From contig NC_045698.1 in assembly GCF_009834535.1 (NCBI RefSeq), positions 101,246,001 to 101,310,000 of the forward strand: a DNA stretch of 64,000 nt, given 5' to 3'. Position 1 is the stretch's first letter. The number at the start of each line of letters is the position of its first letter. Below are positions 10,266 to 22,248 of the stretch, one piece after another. This stretch comes from Camelus ferus (lineage: Eukaryota). The position numbers and the translations under genes are program-made. The notes under the pieces are model-generated. The model did no database searches, was not told the DNA's origin, and saw only the letters and a list, made by a program, of their open reading frames with translations.

Positions 10266-10629
10266 GTCCATCCATTCATTCGTTCATTCCCTCACTCACT
10301 CATTCATCACTCCAATGCAGTTGAGTCCCTGCTCCTAGCTGGGCCCTGTGGGAACAGAAATAAGAAACATCAGGGCCCAGCAGGGAAAGAGGTCAAGCCC
10401 ACATCCAGGGTCCCATGCGAGTGTGGAGGTGAATCCCCCAGCACGTCCAGGGGCAAAGAAAGGTGATCCAGACAAGGAAAGGAAAATGTGCTCATTTGCC
10501 ACTTGAATATAAGTCAGTCATGAGTTCCTGTGGCAAGGTATGATCCCTGTGGGAAAGCCAGAGCCATGAGCTAGATTATAAACCTCCTTGAGACAGACAG
10601 CCACCTCTTCTCTTTGGATCTCTGGATAA

Positions 10630-11110
10630 GAGTGGTAGAGAGTGGTAATTAAGGGCACAGGCGTTGCTGTTTGATCTGGGTTCCATCCCAGCTATAGGAC
10701 TTGTGCTAGCATTTTGGGCAAGAGAGCTCAAGGCACAAGTTTCCTCATTTGTGGACTGGGAATGAGAATAGAATTATCACTAATTCTTCAGCAGACTTAC
10801 TTAATAGAATTGAATAAGATGCTGTGTGTAAAGCACCTGGCACTAGTAAGTACTCTGACGAGTTAGTCCTTAGTACTGTCGGGAGTTGTTAGATATGGGC
10901 CTCACAGTCGAATGGACATGGGGTATTAGAGTCTGTCAGACTTGAATACAAATCCAAGCCCACACTTTCTTAGCTTGTGATATTGGGACTTCATCGGACC
11001 CAGCCTCAGCTTCCTTATCGGATAAGTAAGTATAGTAATACCCACCACACAGAGTTCTTGCAAAGATGAAAGAAGAGAGGGTGTATGGAGAGTGATGGGT
11101 GCTGAATACG
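10630..11110 (+). mobile_element. Two adjacent MIR copies (about 10630-10870 and 10930-11110)
   Basis: AGAGTGGTAATTAAGGGCACAGG...TTTGGGCAAG...GTTTCCTCATTTGT...AAAGCACCTGGCACTAGTAAG; second copy GTCAGACTTGAATACAAATCC...CAGCCTCAGCTTCCTTATC. Confidence 0.65.
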
Positions 11111-12482
11111 TTTCTTTAGAAGTCTTCTCTCTTCCCTTCATTCCATTCAGTTTCTTTGATTCACATGGCTCTTGGCTGAAAACTTCTATAGAGCTCCTCA
11201 TTCATTCATTGACTTATTATTCATCTACAAACTGTTTATTGTGGGCTAACCTGAATCCAGACCTCAAGGCCAGTCTTCAAGGAGGACAGGACTAATCCAT
11301 ATCGTTGTCTTTCTTCTGTGGTGACCCCAGTGCAGCAGCAGTGGCCTCGGCTCTCTGTCTGAGCATGCACGTTCTCTGCCCTTGTCTCTTCCTGCTCCTC
11401 TGTGACAGGCTCTTCCCTGTGAGAGGAATACTTGGCGAGTCAGCACAATCTCTGCTCCAGGAGCACCAGGGGCACACTGGAAAGGAGCAGTTGTTCAGAG
11501 AATGATGGCTGCAGGGGAGGGCGTGTGGCCAAGGGCGGGAGGGCATGTTGCTACGGTGTCTCCCTTCATTTCATCTGCACCTGACCTGTGCGTGTCAGAA
11601 ACCATCCCTCAGTGTGACGCCTCTCAGAGGTCATCAGTGACTGCTGGGAGAGGCATTTTCTTGTCCTTTATCTTCGGCCTTCAGTCTTGCCATGCAGTCC
11701 CTTCCACTGCTTGTACAATTGAATTTTTTGTAGTAGAGTGATGCAGTTTGATGCCCTTGATTTCGTTTGGTGGTGACATGCTTATTTGATGCAATTGAGA
11801 TTTTTGTGAAATTTAGTTTTATAATTAGACTTTTTTTAAGTGTCCATTAAGGGATTGCACTTCCAAACCCTTTGGTCTCAGACACTTGATCCCCTATGGT
11901 CACTTTTAGAAACAACCCAATTTCCTAATGAACCAAAACAATATCCTAAGAACATAAACAACACATTCATGGTCCAAAACAAGTTGTCAAGCCTGTTCCC
12001 TGCTTTTGGGTCTGGGCATTTTGTGTGCAGCGATTGTGTCAGTAAGGCTGTGGTGGCACTTTCAAGCTTCTGCACCTGCAATTCTTGAATCTAAGCCACC
12101 ACCGCTGAGTTTCCATCAAAAAGGACACATGCTAGAAAGGAGGGTGAGAAGTGAATTTTTACTCCTCATTTTTTAACTGTCCTCTCTGCCCTGGTAGGTG
12201 TGCTTGGATGAGATTGAGAACTGGTGGCAAGTGCCACATGCACATTGTAGTCCATTGGCTTCCAGAAAGCAAAGCAGAACAACGTGCTTGACTCCAGAGA
12301 TGGCCACGTGGAAGCCGATCAAATGGCTTTTCATTGTGCTGGGCTCTGAACAGTAAAGAGGGACTTATTAATATGTAACGACACAGTCATTACATATTTA
12401 TGCTCTATAGAATGCGTAATTAGAGCTACGCTGACTGTCTAATTTATCGTCGGTGGGCACAGTTAAGACTGCTTAGATAACC

Positions 12483-12614
12483 NNNNNNNNNNNNNNNNNN
12501 NNNNNNNNNNNNNNNNNNNNNNNNNNNNNNNNNNNNNNNNNNNNNNNNNNNNNNNNNNNNNNNNNNNNNNNNNNNNNNNNNNNNNNNNNNNNNNNNNNNN
12601 NNNNNNNNNNNNNN
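12483..12614. other. Assembly gap (132 N)
   Basis: N run. Confidence 1.
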
Positions 12615-14094
12615 CAGATGAATCTCTTTTGATGGGTGATGCTAGCTAGCCATCAGAAGCCCTGCAGGCATGTCAAGACAGATCCCGTGCTATTTTTATT
12701 CATTTATTTATTTGTTTTTTACTTGAAGCAATATAGACAGCAGGAGGGTTTCCATAGAACAAATCCCACTTATGCCTCTTTTAGTGGTCATCGTTAGCGG
12801 TTGCTTTCAAAATGGGGTGCACATTAATTTAAAACAGAGCAAAACCTCTCTTTTTCTTTAGTTCTCCCCTAGTTGTTTCCTTGATGATAAGTTGTCATGA
12901 CCACAAGCTCAACAGTGAGCTTATCAGTCCTAGGAGCATTTCCATTTGTATTTTTATTTCATTGTTAGGACAACTCTTTTTATACCCAAACTTCCTTGTT
13001 GGCAGATGTTCTTTCGAGAAGAGGGTTTAAAAGATTTCCCTTGAAGATAATTTGCTATAGCCATTAATTTATTGGCTACTGGAGAGGGCAGGTTAGAGAA
13101 AGAGAATTTATTTACTTAAGCAAGGCTTCTAAACTGTCTTGTATTCTACAAATATGCAATTTATTTATTTAATATTTATTTATTTAATCACTACTTCTCA
13201 TTAGATCATAAGGAGCTTTTTTTTGTTCTCAAGTTTAAAAAAAAAAAAAGACAGTTGTAAACCAATTAAGCCCACATTGCTCGAACATTTCTTTTCGTAC
13301 CTGTTTCCTATTCCTACTTGAAACTCAGGTAACATAATTGCATGCATCTTCAGGATCAAAACCGATAAGACTCAGTATTCTTTATTGGTTGCTTGAGGTT
13401 AGTCTAGTCTGTTATTTTCCTGAGAAATCCTTGTGTTGCAGGTCATGTAGAAGGCAGTGGGATGTGAATAGAAGTTACAACAGTGAGGTTTCCCAGTTTA
13501 CCAAGAAACCAGTAACAGAGTCTGCCTTTGGGACAGGTTCATGGGATTAGGATGGGAGGGGGTATGCTTTTTAGCTGTTATTGCTGCTGTATTTAGTCAT
13601 GTAAAGCTGTCCTAGGACTGAAACAATGCTAACGCCTACAATTCCAAGTACCCTGTTCAAGATCTGTCTGCTTGAAATCAACAGTGCTCAGAACACTCAC
13701 CTTCAAAGACTGGAGTTGCAGATTCTCAAGGAGGTGTGGAAGGACATTAAAAAGTCCTGAGACCCAGAGTGACCTTGTGTGCCCCCAAGGGCACCATGAC
13801 TTATGGCCCCAATGTTCCTTGCCATAAATACCCATTGAGGAAAGTCATCTATGTTTTTTTCCCACTGCACCCCTGGAACCTTTCCAAATCCCCACATATT
13901 GAACTCTAATACATTCTAACAACCATAGAATGGGAATGGCGATGCTACCTCCCCTACTGAGGAGCTGTTGTAAAGATTAAAGTGAGACATTATTATTATG
14001 TTTTTTTGAATTCTGTGCATCATGGGCAGTCAGGGTGGATAAACTGTGCTTCTCTGTAGAGCTGGTCTATGAATGATCATTAATATAGAATGAT

Positions 14095-14665
14095 TACAGT
14101 AGGCATATTTTTGGCCCCCGTGACCTTAGCCTCTGGTGTTGTACTCATAAATACGTTACTTACATGGCAAAGGGAAATTGCAGGTGGCTTTAAAGTTAGT
14201 GAATAGAGAAATTAAAAACAGAGAAATTGTTCTGGGTTATGTTGTATCTTAAAGACAGAGAAGAAAGGCAGGGGGGAGACTTAACAGCACTATTTGCAGC
14301 CCTGCTGACGTCATGATGGAGATGGGCACAGGGGAAGGAATGTGGGTGGCTTCTAGGAGCAGAGGGTGGCCCCGGTGACAGGCAGCAAGGAAGTGGGGAC
14401 CTGCACTCACAAGGACTCGAATTCTACCAACTACCTGAATGAGCTTGGGAGTGGATTCTCTCCCAGGGCCTCCAAGTAAGAACTCAGTGCAGCCAGCACT
14501 TTGATTTTGGCCTTGTGAGACCCTCGGTAGAGAATGTAGTTGAGCCACACTATGCCTGGACTTGTGTCCCTGGACTTCTGACCCATGCAAAGCATGAGAT
14601 AATCCATGGCCTTTGTTTGAAGCCCCTATGTTTCTGGTAGGTAGTTACAGCAGTCATAGGTAAGG
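14095..14665 (+). mobile_element. MLT1E/F-like MaLR solo LTR
   Basis: TACGTTACTTACATGGCAAAGGGAAATTGCAG...GCAGCAAGGAAGTGGGGACC...CTACCTGAATGAGCTTGGGAGTGGATTCT...CCTTGTGAGACCCT...GTTACAGCAGTCATAGG. Confidence 0.75.
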
Positions 14666-16344
14666 CAGCTTGCTGTGCCCTGGGCAGATGCTTTATAGTC
14701 CCTCCACCAGAATCATCAAGGGGCCCCAGGAAGTGGAGACTCTTGCCTCTTTCAATTACAAAGGAGGAAAGAAGGCTCACAGAGGATAAGTAACTGGTTC
14801 AAAAGAACAGCATTCTGTAATTGGCAGAACCTGAATTTGAAACCAGGTCTGTCTATAAGAGGCTCAAACCCAAGTTGTTCATCACATGAGATGTTAATGC
14901 TTCAGCCAGCTGGAACGGAGAACTGCCCTATCATCCTGAGAGATGCAGCGAGCCCCACAGACCATTGTGCCGGGTACATAACTCATATTGCCTACCCTGT
15001 CTCTGTTTGCTTGTCTGACATACAGAAGCCAGACAGCAGCTCTGCACGTGCAGGAAGGGGCCGTGCTGCCCAAAGGGCTCATTTAGCCTCAGTCAGTCCA
15101 TGGCAGGAGCTCATCTGGGGCCCGGCTCCCACCCTGCTTGGCAACCTGAGCACCGTGTCATAGTCAGGGCTCTGAAGCATGAAATGGGGTTTTGCGCTGA
15201 AGCCTGAGAGACACGGTGCATCGAGTTTCATTTGGCTATTTTCCCCTGTACTGTTTGTTTTTAAAGATGCAATAAGGGCAGGCATGAAAAAGGTCTCCTA
15301 GGTCCTCTGTATCATAGGGCAGCCAGTGGTGCAGGCAGGAATACAAATAAAGCGAAGATGGGGCAGCTCTCTGAAGCCCGGCAACAGTCAACACGCAATG
15401 TGTGCCAGTCACTCCTGTTATCACTGCCATGCTGTTATTATATGATTATTTCGGGGGCATGGAGAAAAGCTCCTGGCCTCCAAAACGTATGGAGTCACAA
15501 TTAAGGGATCTGTCCATTCCTTTGGTTTAAGCTTAATGTCCTGTGAAATGTTTTCTTACCTTTGTCATTCATCCCCTGACACCTCTGAAATGCACATTGT
15601 TATGAGAAAACAGCAAGTAGATGTTAGAGATTTTCACTTGATCTAAATCTAATACCCCTGATAAAAGGCATTTGTCATTTGTACTCTAATAAAGCATTGT
15701 ACCAGTGTCAAATGCCTAGCCCTGGGGTGTGTGAAATGATTTTAGGTGATTGACAGGTGAACATATGATTTTCATAGTTATGTATATATTTATACGAATT
15801 GTGAGAAAACAGAGAGAGCATGTTAAGTGCGTGATTTCTAACAAGGCTAAAGTTGGTAGTTAAATGAATGTGTCTGTTGAAAGGAAAATATTGAATAGAT
15901 AGTTATATACAAGGAATACAAAGAGAGGGAGGCAGTGTGTGGGTGATGGATATTTGCAAATCTGCTTTTGTGTGACTTCTCAGTTCATCAGATTCCTTCC
16001 AAAACGGACATGAGGAGAAGAGAAGAGAGGTAAGATCCTGGTTCCCTGAGGAATCAAACGAGGACGGAGTAGAGGAGAGTGCTAAGGCTGTGAGGAGCCA
16101 CGTGGAGAGTATGGAGAGCCCTGGGAGTAAATTTTGAGATCATTCATGTCAAATGTGGCTGCCTTCACATTATCTTTCTAGTTCTACCCAGGCTGGAGGA
16201 AAAATGAATGTGATTCCTTTTGGCCAAAGAGAGTGACTGTGACTTCTGAATTACCTGCAAGTGGGCTGTGCACTGAGAGCTTCTTTTGTTTACTTTGTGA
16301 TGGCAGAATATGCTTTGGCTCCATTCGATGGGACAGTAGTCCTC

Positions 16345-16500
16345 ACAGAATGTTAGAGCCAGAAGGGACCTGATCAACCTCATCATTTTATAGACAAGAA
16401 AGTTGGAACACGGAGAAGTTAAATGATTTCTCCAAGGTCTCGCAGAGGGCTGATGTCAAGGCTCTGAGCAGTGTCGATGTCTCGTGACTCCCCCTCAAGT
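16345..16500 (-). mobile_element. MIR fragment
   Basis: AGAATGTTAGAGCCAGAAGGGACC...CATTTTATAGACAAGAAA...GAGAAGTTAAATGATTTCTCCAAGGTC. Confidence 0.6.
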
Positions 16501-18348
16501 GTACCTACCCCGATGCTGACATCATCAGAGGCAGAAAAGGAATCAGTCCCCAGGCTCTGCGTGGCTGTTTGGTAGAGAAGGGTTCCAATCCTGGCCTTCT
16601 TTGCTGTCAGTCTCTTGCTTTTGCTTTTGTACTGCTCCCTCTTATTTTTCATCCCCATAATCTTAAAAAAAATATTTAAAATTTTTTAATTGTTGAAAAG
16701 CCACTTGTGGAGAATGTACTGAGAGTAGGCAGCTGCTCTTCCTACAACCTCCTTAGTTAAAATTCTGCATATCCACCCCAGTAAAACTTTATTTAAAGGT
16801 TGTTTAATGTATTTAGTAGGAGGGTATAAAAACTCCCTAAGCCAGAGAACCTGCATTAATCTGCTTGAGTCCTGTTAGAAATAAGACTCTTTCTGCTGCC
16901 CTTTCCCCAGAGTTGCCTTTCCCATATATCAGGCTTGGAATTCTGTAGCTTGTAGGAACAGTTGTTTATAAAGGAAAGAATCTGCTCCTAATCCTTAGGC
17001 ATCTATTTGGAGACGAGGTAATACACAGATTCTTATTCATGGGAATATAAACTGTATTTATAAGGCAGTAAAGATGAAGGTGAGTTAGCTAATGGCTTGG
17101 AACGGCTCCCTTGCTTACTGGCATTACCTCCATTATACTTCAGAAACAAACATCTTTTCAAGAAAATACAAACGTTGCTGAAAAGCCACAGAGGATTCCA
17201 TGATTCCATCAGCCATCCATCACAGTCCTAATAATGGGGCCAATTCGTTTCCTCATGGATGCCATCATTTGAGAGACAAAGATGGAAAGAATTCTGCTGG
17301 AGTGAGTCTCTGGTTCTGACTAGCCCTGCTCTTTCTCTCCCTTTTGTTTAGTGATAGGAACTTCAGAAGTTCTCCCTTTGGGGTTTAAGACAGTTTGGGG
17401 TGTTTTTTGCCAGTTGCAGCTGAAAATTCCTACCTCACTCTGCTTTGACAAGAGGGGCATGCTAACCTTGTATTTATCTTCCCTTTACCTGAATTCCCTA
17501 TACTATTCAGTGGTTTTAGGCTTTTGAGATATTTTTGGAAATACATTTTTTTTAACCATCATTCTGAAATAATGATTTCAGTGGTACGGCGTAATTGGAA
17601 ATTGGCCCTGTTCGGTCATTTCTACTGTGACTGAGAGGCATGTAGTTCAAGATTGTTTGGGGATTTGAGAGGCAAACACTAAATTGCCATGTAACTTTGC
17701 CCAAACGGCAGCCTCTCAAGCCTTCTGTTTCTCTCCTTTGTAAGATGAAGATCTATCGTCTGTTCTTCCAGCATATCTACCAGGGAAGGTTTCTGAATGC
17801 TCCTCATTCCTGGGTGCCAAGCACAGCAACCAGAGCTGCTGACTCTCTGTTTGTCACCAAGTAGAAGTGGTCAGTGAGCTCGGCTGGAATTAAAAACATT
17901 CTCTTTAGTTTAGGCTTCACAGCGTTGATGTCCATGGGAAAACTCCAAGGAAGTTAACGGTGTGGTGAGGAATTAAATCCACCTTGGAGGCTGTCTTCTT
18001 AGTTTAGACCTAAGAAATATTTGATAGAAACCATTGCTATTCTGTTCTCCTGTCGTGCCATTTATGGGATAGCTGCTAGGCAGAGGCCACGACTTACTAG
18101 TAATGAATAATTAACACTCCGCTTAATAACTCAAAGCCTTCCCTCCCTCCCCTGCCACTAGCTGTCAGTGAGTTCTCACCTTATGTTCTGTTTAATAACA
18201 TCCCTCCTCCCTTTCTCACCACTTCATCAAAGCACGAGGGAATAAGGGACAATGGACTGGACACGTCTGTCTTACTGACAGGTGAAGGATTAGGCCGGAG
18301 TTTTATATGTTGGATACTAACCAGAAGGAACAGGAGGTTGCTAGGTAT

Positions 18349-18424
18349 TTCCTTCCTTCCTTCCTTCCTTCCTTCCTTCCTTCCTTCCTTCCTTCCTTCC
18401 TTCCTTCCTTCCTTCCTTCCTTCC
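18349..18424. repeat. Perfect (TTCC)19 tetranucleotide microsatellite
   Basis: 76 bp counted directly. Confidence 0.97.
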
Positions 18425-18650
18425 AGTATAGAAGCTAATGTCCTAGAGTCAGATTGTCTCAGTCTCTATGCGATTTCTAAATGTGTAAATTTGGGAAATT
18501 TATTTAAGCCCCTTGTGGTTTATTTTCCTTGTCTATGAAATGCAAATAAACAGTATTACCTGTCTGAAAGTATTTTTGTTAGGGGTTCAGTTGGAAAATG
18601 TTCTCACTGTGCCTACTACAGAGTAAGTCTCCAATAAAAGGTAACCATTT
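18425..18650 (+). mobile_element. MIR SINE
   Basis: CTAGAGTCAGATTGTCT...TTGGGAAATTTATTTAAGCCCC...GTCTATGAAATG...GAGTAAGTCTCCAATAAAAG. Confidence 0.6.
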
Positions 18651-18654
18651 ATTT

Positions 18655-19720
18655 GTGAAGTCATTTGGCAACCAGGTATTAATTGCCTATTTATGGCAGT
18701 CACTCTGCCATGTGCTGGTGGATATAAAAATAAATAGAATGCAGTGTCTCCCTAGGAATTCATAGGTTGGGTAGAGGTGGGGCTGCAGATTCCATAGTGG
18801 TTAATTACACTATGATGGCAAATGCTCTAGCCTACAGCTCTACCCATGGTATGTTATAAGGTACTGTGTGGTTTTGGGGCCGAGAAGTCTAACTCAAGTG
18901 ACAGAGAAGACAACCTCTGTGCCAAATCCCAAAGGGTGAGGAGGTATTACTGGATAGACGGGGGGCATGCCAGATAGAGGAACTGCATACTTAAATGCTT
19001 GGTAATGGGAAGAGAAGTTCTGTGTTATTGTAATAGTTGGATCCAAGGGTTCTGGGTGGAGAATCGTATAAAAAGAAGACAGAAAGATTGGAAGTACCAG
19101 ATCATAAAAACCTGTGCCGGGCCCTTTGGAGGGCTCTTGGACCAGATTTCAGAACCTGTAAAGATTTGTAAGAAGGAGGGCAATAACTTTATTTTTAATT
19201 TTTTGCCTCTGAGGAGGGGAGTTGCGTGAATACCGCTTAAAGTCAATGCACCCAGCTAGAAGGGTATTACATGAGTCTGGGGAAGAAATAATCAGGCAAT
19301 CTGATCTGAATTTACTAATAATAATGAAGTGGAGAATAAGGAATAGAGTCAAGAGAAATTGAGGGGACAGAATGGGAGAATTTGGTGAATCATGGGATGT
19401 GGATTGTAAAGAGGAATAAAAACAGTCCTGACACTCTAGCTTAGGCAGCTGGGGAGGTGGTAGTGTCATTAACCAAAATAGGGAAAAACAGGAGACAGAA
19501 CTGGGTTAGGGAGAAAATGGAGGCTCCTATAATAAATTCTGTGGTACTTCTGACTCTTGAGTTTGTCTTCATTTCTCCCATGAAATAGACTGATGATGCC
19601 ATAGGGACATAATAGAAACAGATGTACCCTGACATGGAGGTGGAAGAGACCAAGGCAGGGTGGTAGCTACAGCAATCCTGGAAAGTCATGGGCTAAGCTG
19701 AATCTCTGTAGGTTAATAAA
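18655..19720 (-). mobile_element. L2 LINE fragment (about 1 kb)
   Basis: CACTCTGCCATGTGCTGGTGGATATA...CCAGATAGAGGAACTGCAT...CTTAGGCAGCTGGGGAGGTGGTAGTGTCATTAACCAAAATAGGG. Confidence 0.6.
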
Positions 19721-19749
19721 ACCTTTCTTTTGTCCAAAACGGAAAAAAT

Positions 19750-20140
19750 TCCATGGACTTTCAGATTGTTAAAATAATAAATGTTCATTGTAAAAAGAAA
19801 AATAGACCGTTACAGAATTAAAGAAAAGGAAGGTCATCTTTTATCTCTGCCACCTAGAGATAACCACCCTGGTCAATTTTATGTGTATCCTTCCAGGCTC
19901 TTTGAGAGACACACCCCATTCCTGCACGTGTGCTGCTGCTTGTTACCTTTTGCATGATACACCGTCTGCATCTCAGTATGTAGGTCAACATTTGTAGATG
20001 TTTCTCATTCTTTTTAATGGATGCCTGCAACCCTATTGTATAACCATCCTTAGGAAGTATTTCTAGACATGAAGTTGCTGGCTCAGACATTAGTCGATGG
20101 CAAATCAAATCTTCCTATTGGATTTATATCTGATAATTGG
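19750..20140 (-). mobile_element. Old L1ME-like 3' end
   Basis: CCACCTAGAGATAACCACCCTGGTCAATTTTATGTGTATCCTTCCAGG matches the antisense L1ME3-type terminus. Confidence 0.55.
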
Positions 20141-20200
20141 TAAGATAAGATTAGTTAGTCCATGTGATTACATTGCTAATTGGGAAATTGAGATGATACG

Positions 20201-20634
20201 TGTATTAGTATTTTGTTGCCACTGTAAGTTTTCTGTGCCATGACCACAAAGTTTTAAAATAGCACAAATTTATTTTCTTACAGTTCTGGAGCGCTGAAAT
20301 CCAAAATGAGTCTTAAAAGAGCTAAAAGCAAGGTGTCAGCGGGGCTGGCCTCTTACAGCTTCTAGAGGCTCCCTGTGGCTTTTGGCTCCTGGCTGCATCA
20401 CTCGTCTCTATTTTAGCCATTATATCGTGTTCCTCCCCTTTTTTCCTTTATATATGGACCTTTATGATTACATTTAGGGCCCACGTGGATAATCTAGGAG
20501 ACTCTCTCCATCTCAAGATCATTCACATAATCACATGGACAAAGTCCCTTTTGCCACATAAAGTAACAAATTCATAGGTTTCAGAGATTGGGATGTGGAC
20601 ATCTTTGGGGGAGGGGCATTATTATTTACCAACA
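20201..20634 (-). mobile_element. MLT1D-like MaLR solo LTR
   Basis: TGTATTAGT...TTTATTTTCTTACAGTTCTGGAG...GATTACATTTAGGGCCCACGTGGATAATC...AAAGTCCCTTTTGCCACATAAAGTAAC...GGACATCTTTGGGGG...ACCAACA. Confidence 0.8.
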
Positions 20635-21792
20635 TCATCGTCAGCCTACAACATGACAAATATTTCAAAACCAAAATGCTAGAATTTCAGTAAGAAATTA
20701 TTGCAGTTGGAGGCATCATCTCAGCCAGGACCTGCACGTGCCATCCTGATGCTTTGAAAGAGATGGCAATGAATGATATGTGATGCAGTCTTCTAAATAC
20801 TCTGGGATATAATACAGATTGTGTGATAACTTCAAAAACAGTAAAGTCTAGTCTTTTTTAGCAATTTTAGGAGAGTGAGATTGGATAGCAAGGTTAATAT
20901 TTGAAATGGTAGGAAGAGTCAGAAGATGAATGTCGTGGTGTAGACTGAATGTCGTGGTGTGGACTAAATGGAAGGGAGAAGGCGAAAGAATTCAGATTTC
21001 TTTATAGGTCTAACATCTTTTGCTAAAATGAGATTTCCCTCTAGAACTTGTAGTATTTCATTTCTTTCTAATGGAAATGGAATCTTCCTGTGCATGGTAG
21101 AAAGGAAAGCAGAGGGGTCTGGGATGACAATCCTTTTGACTCTCATTTTTCCAATAGCCTGTGGCCACTCTTGTGGTCTTTATGCTCTCCCAAGAAATAA
21201 AATTTTTTTTTTTTCTTTTAAAGTTCTGCTCAGCTAATATGGATGGTATGCCTGTAGCCTTTGTCACCACAATCTCTTCTGTGCTATGCTTTCCGCTGGA
21301 GACAGGTTCATTTTGACTACTTTCTTAGTTTCTACCCAATAAAGATAATGTGAAGCTTCCTTCTCAGGGGTTTTCACTTTGAGACTGTTCTTGTCTCCTA
21401 GTGCACACCATTTTCTCTCTCTCTCCCCAGCAATAATGCGTTTACTTCAACACCACCTTAGGTCAGTTGTGTAGCCAACTTCAATTCTGCTTTGTCCTTG
21501 GCAAGAGCCTTGGCTGCATTCAGATGGGCCAGTCCAGGTTTTGTTAGGGAAGGCCTTCATTTAGAATCTCTTCATCCACTTTCTGAAGTCTCATTTCTTC
21601 CCAGCTCATGGGATTCTTTGCCCAGCATTTCGAGCAGAGAGATATTATAGAGAAGATTGCCTCAGTCCTTGGCTAAGGACGCAACAATAGTCGGAACAGC
21701 ACATGACCTCTGGCAAGTATCTTACCTTCTTGATATCTACACCAGTCTGCTCACAGTCTCTCCAAAAACATAGTTTCTTCTCTTTCCATTAG

Positions 21793-22248
21793 AATAGAAT
21801 TTCAGCTGGAGCCTTCAATTGTGCATCTCTCTGCAGGTAAGAAGAGGAAAATGTCCTGTTTCTCACCCATGCAATGTATACCCATGTGATAAAAAGCTAC
21901 CTGCTTAAATAGAAAACGCTTGACCTGAATTTCCTCCCTTTCTCCTCTCCCATGATCAAGGACACATGTATGACAATGCCTGCTAATTTTGCAGAAGAGG
22001 ACAACATCCTAAGTGATGGTAGAACCACCGGATGGGTGGAGCCTGGTTACCGGAAAGGCTTATGGGGTAGCCTCTTCTATTGTGTGAGAGAAAGACAATC
22101 CTTATTTCAGTAATTGTATTTCTGTGTTTTTCCTACAGAGAACTTTGCCTCCGTGTTCCTTTCTGCAAATGGAGAGGCTGATGCCCAGGAGGCAGCTTCT
22201 AGGGCCAATGTTCTAGAAGTGCTGCATGAAGCCTTTTTTCTCAGCTAA
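21793..22248 (+). other. Candidate two-exon spliced ORF remnant (21793-21836 + 22139-22248)
   Basis: Strong acceptors (TTTCTTCTCTTTCCATTAG; TTTCTGTGTTTTTCCTACAG) and donor CAG|GTAAGA. The joined frame is open for 50 codons. No homologue recognised. Confidence 0.25.

Noticed and set aside
15560-15584. Minus-strand 25-nt microexon candidate (TTTCAG|AGGTG...CAAAG|GTAAGA)
   Set aside because: Isolated, not a multiple of 3, with stops in two frames. Such signal pairs are common by chance and I could not link it to other exons.
18338-18538. ORF with (FLPS)n repeats; also VCVCVC ORFs at 40326 and 36545
   Set aside because: Translations of microsatellites.
19847-19860. Extra CTCF-like half matches (also about 34485, 38468, 48988)
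   Set aside because: Only the AGGTGGC 3' core matches, one lies inside an L1ME relic, and the frequency is compatible with chance without PWM or ChIP support.
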